Shown here one piece after another: positions 10,523 through 18,486 of a DNA stretch of 64,000 nucleotides. The position numbers and the translations under genes are program-made. Source of the DNA: Ignavibacteriota bacterium (lineage in GTDB: Bacteria > Bacteroidota > Ignavibacteria > Palsa-1295). The stretch lies in NCBI GenBank assembly GCA_963787835.1, contig CAWBEI010000002.1, forward strand, positions 640,001 through 704,000, in the 5' to 3' direction. The notes below the pieces were generated by a model. The model worked only from the letters and a program-made list of their open reading frames with translations, had not been told where the DNA came from and did no database searches. Within the stretch, counting starts at the first letter, position 1. Each line of letters opens with the position of its first letter.

Positions 10523-11020
10523 ACCGAATGTCAGTGGTTCGTTTTACATTCATTGTTGCAGCACTCTTTTCCTTTGGCCTCTCTGAAGCTCATTCGGACT
10601 CAGCTTATGTCCCTCCGCGGCCAGCGTTCGCCGGAATTCATGTTGGGATGCCGGAGGATTCGGCATATCTGATCATGAAACGGATCGCATTGCGGCGCGA
10701 CACCCTTTCCGCCGATTCTGTCATCTTGCTCGAATCAGATTCGGTGAGGATCTTCGGGCAGGCAGCGTACCTGCAATTGCAGATCCTGCATCATAAAGTA
10801 CGAACCATCGTCATCAATTGGTACTCCCTCGGCGGCGATGGCTATACCGGACTCCGAGACGTTCTGCTATCCTATTTGGAGCGTTATTTCGGACATGGAA
10901 TTGTCTTCACCGATGAGAACCCTGACCTACCATCGCTGGGAAACGGAAGATGGCACGAGCGAAGTCTCCCACTCTGACAAATATTTACGCATTTTCGTCC
11001 GGCTCGGAAAGCCACGGTAA
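10519..11020 (+). pseudogene. Exported hypothetical protein with apparent +1 frameshift near 10918
   Basis: ORF 10519-10977 loses protein-like character after GIVFTDE. The overlapping frame continues TLTYHRWETEDGTSEVSHSDKYLRIFVRLGKPR, and removing one A from GATGAGAACC joins the two. Confidence 0.55.
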
Positions 11021-11449
11021 AATTTCTTTACGGTTTTACGGTCTCATCCCAAATTATCCATTTCATAGTTTGGCACCGGAACTTGCAATAGGACGACTTA
11101 AAAAAATACAGAATTGCATAAAACTGACATTGGTTGTTAAAACTGGGATTGCGAAGACCAGCTGTTTTTGAAAAAACTGAAAACTATTATTCATGATTGC
11201 GTTATAATCGCTTCATGAACTATGCAGATTTTGTTCCATATTGTAAATAATCCGGATCTCAGTTCCTATTGAAAGTATTGAGTCGGAGCCCCGAGAACGA
11301 AAAACTAGAAAACGTTTTCATCATCGAGGCTTGATGAATGCTTGTTCAAACGTTCATGAACTACACCCGGCCTCGTCAAAAGATAGTTTCAGTTGGCACG
11401 ATACTGATATTCTGTCGATGTGGTAATGTCAGTAAGAACGGGAAAGGCA

Positions 11450-11641
11450 ATGGATCAAGAACTACGAGAACGAATTCCGTCGCGGTACTCAAGGATCGAG
11501 GAGTTCACCCTCGCATCCAGAATACTCGCGGAACAATTCATGCAAGAATGTATCGCCCATAAAGTATTGCCAACGTACGATGCCTTTACGATCTGGCTAA
11601 AAGATCATGAAAAAAATATGAGTTCCTATTATTGGCAATAG
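11450..11641 (+). CDS. Small hypothetical protein (63 aa)
   Basis: Purine-rich RBS-like GGGAAAGG before ATG 11450; helical-looking sequence; followed by a terminator. Confidence 0.55.
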   Translation: MDQELRERIPSRYSRIEEFTLASRILAEQFMQECIAHKVLPTYDAFTIWLKDHEKNMSSYYWQ

Positions 11642-11709
11642 GTTGAGAATCGCAACCCATCTTCACGCACGCCGTGAAGACACACACAACCAAAACCCTC
11701 TCTCACCTC

Positions 11710-11743
11710 AAATCCCTGCACTGACGATGCAGGGATTTTTTTT
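11710..11743 (+). terminator. Rho-independent terminator
   Basis: AAATCCCTGCA-ctgacga-TGCAGGGATTT stem running into a T tract. Confidence 0.8.
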
Positions 11744-11848
11744 GATCGAAATGTTGCAAGCGAGATCTATCTGCTGAGTCCCTCGACGCTTCGTCGGAAA
11801 AGGAATCTGCGATTACGATCGCTATTTCAGCAGGATCCCCCTCCTGAG

Positions 11849-12520
11849 TTAATTCTTTGCTGGGATCGAAGCCCCCTGCGTCTTTACCGCCATCATGACA
11901 TCGACTGTTCCATCGCCATCCACGTCTCCGGAGGCAATGCTGATGCTGATGAATTTGGGGGAAGCGGCATCGACTTCTTTGCGAATCGTGATCGGGGTGT
12001 GAGCGTGCGTGGCACTCGTCGTCGCACTGCCACTCAGTATGGCACTGCCATTTGTGGTTGCACTGCCGCTCGTCATGCCACTGCCGTTTGTCGGCATACC
12101 CATAATATTATTGGATGCCGTAGCATTATGCGAAGCAGTATTGGCATTCGTGAAGGTATAGGAGTTGGAAACGTTCGATGGCGCGCTGCTCGGTTTCGTC
12201 GTGATGATAACAGTATAATTCACCGGTGCGCCCTGGCTTTTTGCAGCCATTGCCCTGATCTGTGACCAGTCATCCATGGAGGTCTTGCCACCATCGACCC
12301 ATGCGACCTGCACATTGAACGTTCCGACCGGCAGCTTCCCGGCATCCACCGAACCATTAATGCAATGCACTATTGCGTGAAAACCTTTCGCAGGCCCGGA
12401 CATGCCGTCGATCTTAAGATATGCATCAAGGGCAGCCCGGGACGTCGTCGTACCCGCCATAAGCGCCAGAAGCGCTAGGGACACCGAAATCATTCTACCA
12501 ACGAAGCGATGATGTTTCAT
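11849..12520 (-). CDS. Secreted protein with Hcp-like terminal motifs
   Basis: Sec signal (SLALLALMAGTTTSRA), then DAYLKIDG, an S/T/N/G-rich linker, HTPITIRKEVDAASPK and GDVDGDG. Confidence 0.6.
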   Translation of the reverse strand: MKHHRFVGRMISVSLALLALMAGTTTSRAALDAYLKIDGMSGPAKGFHAIVHCINGSVDAGKLPVGTFNVQVAWVDGGKTSMDDWSQIRAMAAKSQGAPVNYTVIITTKPSSAPSNVSNSYTFTNANTASHNATASNNIMGMPTNGSGMTSGSATTNGSAILSGSATTSATHAHTPITIRKEVDAASPKFISISIASGDVDGDGTVDVMMAVKTQGASIPAKN

Positions 12521-12753
12521 AAAAGAAATCCTTTCTTGACAAAAATAGAACCTATAGCTTGGGAACAACCAGAGCCGCAAACAGTTGCATGGGCTAAAAT
12601 GTTTTTTACCCTGCCGGTATTGTGATAGGCGCTTCCTGCTCCGCTCACTCGCTGGTGTCTGACTTTAAGATGACGTTGTTGCATAAGCCTTTGTTCTTCT
12701 CTTCCGAACCCTTTACGTGCATGGTGCATGTTGTTAAAACAAAGGAGAATTTA

Positions 12754-13689
12754 GTGAACATATTAGTAACGGGCGGTGCAGGATTTATTGGGTCGCACAT
12801 TGTCGATGCCTTCGTCGGGCGCGGCGATGCCGTCGTGGTGCTCGATAATATGAGTGCTGGCCGTATGGAGAATCTTAATCCCGAAGCAGAATTTATCGAG
12901 GGAGATATTACCGATCGGGTACTCGTTAGGCGTCTTTTTCGCGAGCACCGATTCGAGATCGTGAATCATCACGCTGCACAACTCGATATTCGCAAAAGCG
13001 TTGCCGATCCTGTGTTCGATGCACAGCAAAATATCATCGGCTCACTGAATTTGCTCGAAGCCTCGAAAGAGACCGGAAGCGTAAAGCGGTTCATGTTCGC
13101 TTCGACCGGTGGTGCTGTTTATGGCGAACAGGAATATTTCCCAGCCGATGAAAAACACCCCACACAACCGATTGCCCCCTACGGAGTAGCAAAACGGAGT
13201 ATCGAATTGTATTTACATTATTATTATTCAATTCATGGGATACCGTATGTAGCGTTCCGGTACACGAATGTATATGGCCCTCGGCAAAGTCCCCACGGGG
13301 AGGCTGGAGTAGTAGCCATCTTCGCTGAACGATTATTGAATGGCGAGGCTGCGGTCATCAATGGCGATGGCAAGCAAACACGGGATTACGTTTATGTAGG
13401 AGATGTCGTCCGCTCGCACCTTCTCGCACTCGATACTTTAAACAGCTCCGACATTTTCAACATCTCGACTGCAAAAGAAACAGACGTCAATGAGATCTTC
13501 AATGTCCTAAGTGAACTCACAACGAACGGCAAAGCGACGCCTCAATATGGCCCCGCTAAAGCCGGCGAGCAGCAGCGCAGCATGTGCAGTTATGACCATG
13601 CAAAACAAATCCTCGGATGGGAGCCAGAGACTTCGCTTACTGAAGGCCTGCGTGAAACGGTAGAGTTCTTCAAGCGTAAACCTGTTTAA
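12754..13689 (+). CDS. NAD-dependent epimerase/dehydratase (UDP-glucose 4-epimerase-like)
   Basis: ILVTGGAGFIGSH, STGGAVYG, YGVAK and NVYGPRQ; AAGGAG RBS before GTG 12754. Confidence 0.9.
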   Translation: MNILVTGGAGFIGSHIVDAFVGRGDAVVVLDNMSAGRMENLNPEAEFIEGDITDRVLVRRLFREHRFEIVNHHAAQLDIRKSVADPVFDAQQNIIGSLNLLEASKETGSVKRFMFASTGGAVYGEQEYFPADEKHPTQPIAPYGVAKRSIELYLHYYYSIHGIPYVAFRYTNVYGPRQSPHGEAGVVAIFAERLLNGEAAVINGDGKQTRDYVYVGDVVRSHLLALDTLNSSDIFNISTAKETDVNEIFNVLSELTTNGKATPQYGPAKAGEQQRSMCSYDHAKQILGWEPETSLTEGLRETVEFFKRKPV

Positions 13690-13790
13690 GTAATAAGTAA
13701 GAGGTAAGAAGTAAGAATTAATCGGGCTTGGTCAAAACAAAAATGCGCTCTTTTTTTATTACCTCTTACCTCTTACTTATTACCTGTTAC
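13690..13790. repeat. Inverted heptamer arrays (GTAAGAR x4 / YTCTTAC-like x5) straddling a start codon
   Basis: 13690-13717 gtaataa gtaagag gtaagaa gtaagaa; 13756-13790 ttattac ctcttac ctcttac ttattac ctgttac. Confidence 0.85.
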
Positions 13791-15521
13791 CTCCTTACGA
13801 GTTGCGCGTCCCAGCAGCCTCCGCCAGGAGGACCGGTTGATACTACCCGGCCCAAGATTGACTCCGTGATGCCCCGGCATCGCCAGCTTAACGTTCCAAC
13901 CGATACGAAGCTGTATTTTCAATTCGAACGCGATGTGGATCAGTCCACCTTCGCAACTGCGTTTTCGATGACGCCGTATTTGAACGGTACGCCGAAGTTC
14001 CGATGGTCGGGCCGCAATGAAGTAACCATCACCCCGGCCACGCGTCTGAAAGATTCCACAACCTATACCGTTCAGCTTACCCGCGATCTAAAAACAAGTC
14101 TCGTAAATGGAACTGGCAGCCAGCTCGCAGCGCCGTTTTTTCTCACGTTCTCGACCGGCCCCGTTATCGATACCGGTATGCTTTCGGGATATTTGCTGAC
14201 TCCGATAAAATCCCAACCGATGAAACCAAGCGACCTGTTCATCTTTGCCTATGACATGTCAATACCTCATGCGGACACACTGAACTTTGCACACACACCT
14301 CCCGATCAACTAACGCAGCCCAACGATCAGGGCGTCTGGCAATTTTTAGCGATGAAAGTCGGCCACCGATACCGCGTGTTTGCGGTCGGGGATGTCTATC
14401 GGAACAAGGTATATGATGCCGGAGTCGATGCCTATGGCATACCGGCGGGAGATGTTACACTCGATAGTGTCGTCAAATCTGGGATCTATATTCGCATGTC
14501 ACCGGCGACCGATACGATCAAGCCGGAATTGCAGGACGTTGAAGTGGTCGATTCATTCCATATCCGAGCTCACTTTTCTGAACCGATCGATAGTCAGGAC
14601 GTTCATGCCCACAACTTTATTCTACACAGCGCTCCCCCTCCTAAAGAAGGAGGGGCCTGGGGGGTGGTCGCTGCCTTCCGTGAAAATCCAGAAAAGCATC
14701 CAAGCCAGATCACGCTTGTCACTTCCACTCCTCTAACGCCGAACCACGAATACACGCTGGAAGCGATTCGCGACAGCATCCACGATCTTTCCCATAATCC
14801 CCTCAGCGATTCGGCCCATAAAGTTACCTTTACCACGCCGCAGGAACTACGATCGCCCACACCTCCAAAATTCATTACGATGTCGCTTCGCGATAGCATC
14901 AAAGACATTTCTCAGTTGCCCTCGTTTCCTATCTCCTTCACGGATGCTGTGAATAAAGATTCCGCCGAACATGCCTTTACCATTACCGATACGGGGCACC
15001 ACTCCGTTCCCGCACTATTCCATTGGAACGACGATGCGAAAGTTTCTATGCGGCCTGCGGACAGCTTGGGTTCGAATGAGTTCTATCTGGTAACGGTCCG
15101 TTTGGGCAATATTCGGAGCGCGCTCACTCAAATTCCGGGCGTTGCAAAAGATACCGTGCTTCATTTCCATTTCAGGGCCGCGAATAACAGGGACTTCGGT
15201 ACCATCGGCGGGACAATTTCGATTGCGGATTCCTTCTTTGCCCGATCACCCAAAAGCGCATTAGTAGTGCAGGTGATGCAAAACGGGAATATTCTTACCG
15301 ATCAAAAGATACTTCCGCATGGCGAGCGGAAATTTCAATTCGATCAAATCCCAACTTCCACGTATCGCATTCGTGCGTTCCTTTCAGGGGATGGGAGCGG
15401 AACATACGATCCCGGTTCGGTCCAGCCCTGGCGTTTCGGAGTTCCCACCGGCGAGTACCCCAAACCATTCGATACACGCCCCCGCTGGACGATTCCCAAT
15501 ATTGATTTTGAAGTGAAATAG
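13743..15521 (+). CDS. Ig-like (Big_5) domain lipoprotein
   Basis: Lipobox LTSC followed by ASQQPPPGGPVDTTRP; repeated Big_5-like domains (YTVQL, FSTG, FSEPID). Confidence 0.8.
   Translation: MRSFFITSYLLLITCYLLTSCASQQPPPGGPVDTTRPKIDSVMPRHRQLNVPTDTKLYFQFERDVDQSTFATAFSMTPYLNGTPKFRWSGRNEVTITPATRLKDSTTYTVQLTRDLKTSLVNGTGSQLAAPFFLTFSTGPVIDTGMLSGYLLTPIKSQPMKPSDLFIFAYDMSIPHADTLNFAHTPPDQLTQPNDQGVWQFLAMKVGHRYRVFAVGDVYRNKVYDAGVDAYGIPAGDVTLDSVVKSGIYIRMSPATDTIKPELQDVEVVDSFHIRAHFSEPIDSQDVHAHNFILHSAPPPKEGGAWGVVAAFRENPEKHPSQITLVTSTPLTPNHEYTLEAIRDSIHDLSHNPLSDSAHKVTFTTPQELRSPTPPKFITMSLRDSIKDISQLPSFPISFTDAVNKDSAEHAFTITDTGHHSVPALFHWNDDAKVSMRPADSLGSNEFYLVTVRLGNIRSALTQIPGVAKDTVLHFHFRAANNRDFGTIGGTISIADSFFARSPKSALVVQVMQNGNILTDQKILPHGERKFQFDQIPTSTYRIRAFLSGDGSGTYDPGSVQPWRFGVPTGEYPKPFDTRPRWTIPNIDFEVK
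14633..14669. repeat. CCCCTCCT..AGGAGGGG..GGGGTGG hairpin (family D) inside CDS
   Basis: 8-bp stem plus G-rich tail, read in frame as PPPKEGGAWGVV. Confidence 0.6.
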
Positions 15522-15565
15522 AGACGGAAGAATCTTTCCTCGATTATTCTCATTATTCTATTATT

Positions 15566-15814
15566 ATGATGAATCTTGGACCATACCCGCATATCGCCTT
15601 AGACCCGAAGATCTGCGGCGGCGCACCGTGTATTGCTGGTACACGCATTCCCGTTCGAACCATCGGCTCCTATGTGCAAATGGGAATTTCGCCAGACGTC
15701 TTGATCCAAGATTATTACCCGTGGCTCACGAAAGCAGAAGTGTTTGCTGCACTTGCCTACTATTATGACCATCTTCCTGAGGTCGAGGCTATAGATATCG
15801 TAGAAGCTGTATAG
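15566..15814 (+). CDS. DUF433 antitoxin
   Basis: IALDPKICGGAPCIAGTRIPV and LTKAEVFAALAYY. Confidence 0.9.
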   Translation: MMNLGPYPHIALDPKICGGAPCIAGTRIPVRTIGSYVQMGISPDVLIQDYYPWLTKAEVFAALAYYYDHLPEVEAIDIVEAV

Positions 15815-15823
15815 TCTCAAACG

Positions 15824-16153
15824 ATGACACTGCCAGCCTTACTGCTCGATGAAAACATTCCCTACGGTTTGCAACGGGCGTTGCGGCAAAGAGGCTGGGA
15901 TGTCGTGCATGTGAAGGACATTGGAATGCGTAGCGCCAGCGACCCCGAAGTGCTTGATGCAGGCATTCGCTCCAATAGAGTCATACTCACGTATAATATT
16001 GGTGATTTCACTCGATTGGATGAGTTATTACGAAATGCAAATCGTCCGCATCCCGGCATTCTTGTTTCCGTTGAACGTGCGATCGGAGATTTGGTGGATA
16101 GGTTAGAACACTTTGACTTCTCGCAAATTGATTCTACATTTAGGCATCTGTAA
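15824..16153 (+). CDS. DUF5615 PIN-like toxin
   Basis: LLLDENIP, SDPEVL, RVILTYNIGDF and HPGIL; directly after DUF433. Confidence 0.88.
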   Translation: MTLPALLLDENIPYGLQRALRQRGWDVVHVKDIGMRSASDPEVLDAGIRSNRVILTYNIGDFTRLDELLRNANRPHPGILVSVERAIGDLVDRLEHFDFSQIDSTFRHL

Positions 16154-16175
16154 GATGCCCGACTGACTTTTAACT

Positions 16176-17654
16176 ATGTCTAGCCCACCCCTTAAACGCG
16201 CGCTCGGTCTTTACGCTACGACAGCCCTCGTCATCGGCTCGGTCGTGGGATCGGGAATTTTTTCATCTCCATCACAGATGGCGCGCGATCTGCCAAGCGC
16301 GCCGTATCTGATGGGGGTGTGGGTGCTCACCGGTATCCTGACACTCTTCGGCGCGTTCACGCAATGCGAACTTGTCGGACAAATGCCCAAGACTGGCGGA
16401 CTCTACGAATACTTCCGCGAAGTCTATGGTGAAGGACTCGGCTTTCTCTATGGATGGGCAAATTTTATGATCGCCGGAAGCGGAGCAATCGCGGCGATTA
16501 GCTTTTTCTTCGCACAGTATTTCGAGAATTTTACCGCGCTGCCACATTTTACGCACGCACTAACATTTCTTGGAGTGACCGAGGATACGCCATGGAATAT
16601 CCCGCTGCTCGGCGCCATTTTTCCCTATCAATTCTTGGGAAGGAAGTTAGTTGCATCGTTCCTCGTGGTGTTTCTGACAGCGCTAAATGTTCGAGGAGTA
16701 AAGCTTGGCGGAACAGTGCAAAGCATCTCGACCACAGCAAAAATGCTTGCCATTCTTGCCATCGTGCTTGTGGCATTCATTGCTGGATCGCATGTGGGTT
16801 CAACAGCTAATTGGAGCCATGCAGGAACCGCCGGCACATCACTGATCGGCTGGCCGCTTATTGGCGCTATTGCTCTTGCAATGTCCGGAGCATTCTGGTC
16901 CTATGATGGATGGGGAAATGCGGCATACATTGCTGGTGAAGTGCGCGAGCCACAAAAGATCATTCCTCGCGCTATCATTCTTGGTACGCTTACATTCATC
17001 GGACTCTATCTCGTCGTTAACCTTGCCTACTTCTATATCCTTTCTGTCGGAGGCGTTGCAAATGCACCCGGCGACCGCGTGGCTTCGCAAATGGTTTTCG
17101 CTGTTGTCGGATCCGGAGGCGCTGGAATTATAGCCGTTATTATGATGCTCTCGGCGTTCGATACTACAAACTCCACTGTGCTGACCAACGCCCGCGTGTA
17201 TTATGCCATGGCGCGCAACGGACTGTTTTACCGCAAGAGCGAGGAAGTTCACAAGAAATTCCAAACTCCGCATATTGCCTTATTTTTGCAGGGTGGGTGG
17301 TCTATTATTCTGCTTGTGACGGGATCCTTCGATCTTATCGTCAGCATGTATGTGTTCGTCAATTGGGTACTGTATGCGCTGATGGCGATCGCTGTTTTTA
17401 TCCTGCGCAAACGCAGGCCCAGTGCGGAGCGTCCATTTTCGGTGCCGGGATATCCGTGGGTTCCCGCGATCTTTGTGCTGTTTGCAAGCGCGTATGTTAT
17501 CATTACGCTTGTGACGGATATTCAGGCATATCAGGCCGGAACCCAGCCACTCATCCGCAGCGTGACCGGCATGGCGCTGGTGCTAACGGGATTGCCGTTC
17601 TATTATTATTGGCGATGGAAACGACGAAAGAAGTTGATAGTGGATAACGGATAG
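16176..17654 (+). CDS. APC-family amino acid permease
   Basis: GSVVGSGIF, PKTGGLY, WSYDGW and ARVYYAMA; many TM helices. Confidence 0.9.
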   Translation: MSSPPLKRALGLYATTALVIGSVVGSGIFSSPSQMARDLPSAPYLMGVWVLTGILTLFGAFTQCELVGQMPKTGGLYEYFREVYGEGLGFLYGWANFMIAGSGAIAAISFFFAQYFENFTALPHFTHALTFLGVTEDTPWNIPLLGAIFPYQFLGRKLVASFLVVFLTALNVRGVKLGGTVQSISTTAKMLAILAIVLVAFIAGSHVGSTANWSHAGTAGTSLIGWPLIGAIALAMSGAFWSYDGWGNAAYIAGEVREPQKIIPRAIILGTLTFIGLYLVVNLAYFYILSVGGVANAPGDRVASQMVFAVVGSGGAGIIAVIMMLSAFDTTNSTVLTNARVYYAMARNGLFYRKSEEVHKKFQTPHIALFLQGGWSIILLVTGSFDLIVSMYVFVNWVLYALMAIAVFILRKRRPSAERPFSVPGYPWVPAIFVLFASAYVIITLVTDIQAYQAGTQPLIRSVTGMALVLTGLPFYYYWRWKRRKKLIVDNG

Positions 17655-17727
17655 TGGAAAGTTTGGAAATCTTGCTGCCCAAATCTTCTTTATCCACTCT
17701 CCGTTATACACCATACACTATCAACTA
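17634..17727. repeat. Inverted heptamer arrays (TGGATAG-like / CTATCCA-like)
   Basis: 17634-17661 ttgatag tggataa cggatag tggaaag includes the permease stop; 17690-17724 ttatcca ctctccg ttataca ccataca ctatcaa. Confidence 0.75.
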
Positions 17728-17729
17728 TT

Positions 17730-18485
17730 ATGAACGTAGATCTCCTTGCAATAGCCGCGCATCCGGATGATGTCGAACTGGCGTGCGCGGGCACGTTGCT
17801 GATGAATAAACGCGCGGGCAAGCGCACCGGCATTCTCGACTTCACCCGTGGGGAGCTTTCCACGCGCGGCACGCTCGAAACCCGCGCGCGCGAAACCGAA
17901 GCGGCCACGAAAATCCTGCAGCTCGATTACCGCGCAAATCTCGAAATGCCCGATGGCAATATCGAACTTACGCAAGAGAATTTGCGGAAGGTTATTGTGC
18001 AAATTCGAAAAACACGTCCAACCATTCTACTTGGGCCAAGCCGCGAGGAACGCCATCCCGATCACGAAGCAGCGGCAGAGCTTGCGCGCCGCGCAGCATT
18101 TTATGCAGGACTGGTAAAGATCGAAACGAAAGATAAGGATGGGAACCCGCAGGAGCCACACCGTCCATTAATGCTGCTGCATTATTTGCAGGGACACCAC
18201 GTCGAATCGACCATTATCGTCGATATAACGCCTGTCATCGAGGAACGCATGAAGGCGGTGGAAGCCTATGCCTCTCAGTTCGATGGTAACAGGATGCCCA
18301 GCGACGATCTATCGAATCGCAAGTATGAGACGGTGCTTTCGCAACCGGGTTTCGTCGAAGGCATTCGCGCGCGTGCTGCGTATTTTGGTAGAAAGATCGG
18401 CACACGGTATGCGGAGCCGTTCTGGTCGCCCGAACCCCTCGGCACGCAAGACCTGTTCAGCCTGGTAACAAAGACTATCGCGTAG
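17730..18485 (+). CDS. bshB1: Bacillithiol biosynthesis deacetylase (PIG-L family)
   Basis: AAHPDDVEL, DFTRGELSTRGT, RHPDH, AYASQF and YAEPF. Confidence 0.88.
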   Translation: MNVDLLAIAAHPDDVELACAGTLLMNKRAGKRTGILDFTRGELSTRGTLETRARETEAATKILQLDYRANLEMPDGNIELTQENLRKVIVQIRKTRPTILLGPSREERHPDHEAAAELARRAAFYAGLVKIETKDKDGNPQEPHRPLMLLHYLQGHHVESTIIVDITPVIEERMKAVEAYASQFDGNRMPSDDLSNRKYETVLSQPGFVEGIRARAAYFGRKIGTRYAEPFWSPEPLGTQDLFSLVTKTIA

Positions 18486-18486
18486 T

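Noticed and set aside
11071-11087. Sigma-54-like TGGCAC..TTGCA (and TGGCACG at 11394)
   Set aside because: GG-to-GC spacing is 11 bp instead of the required 10; the second site lacks the -12 GC.
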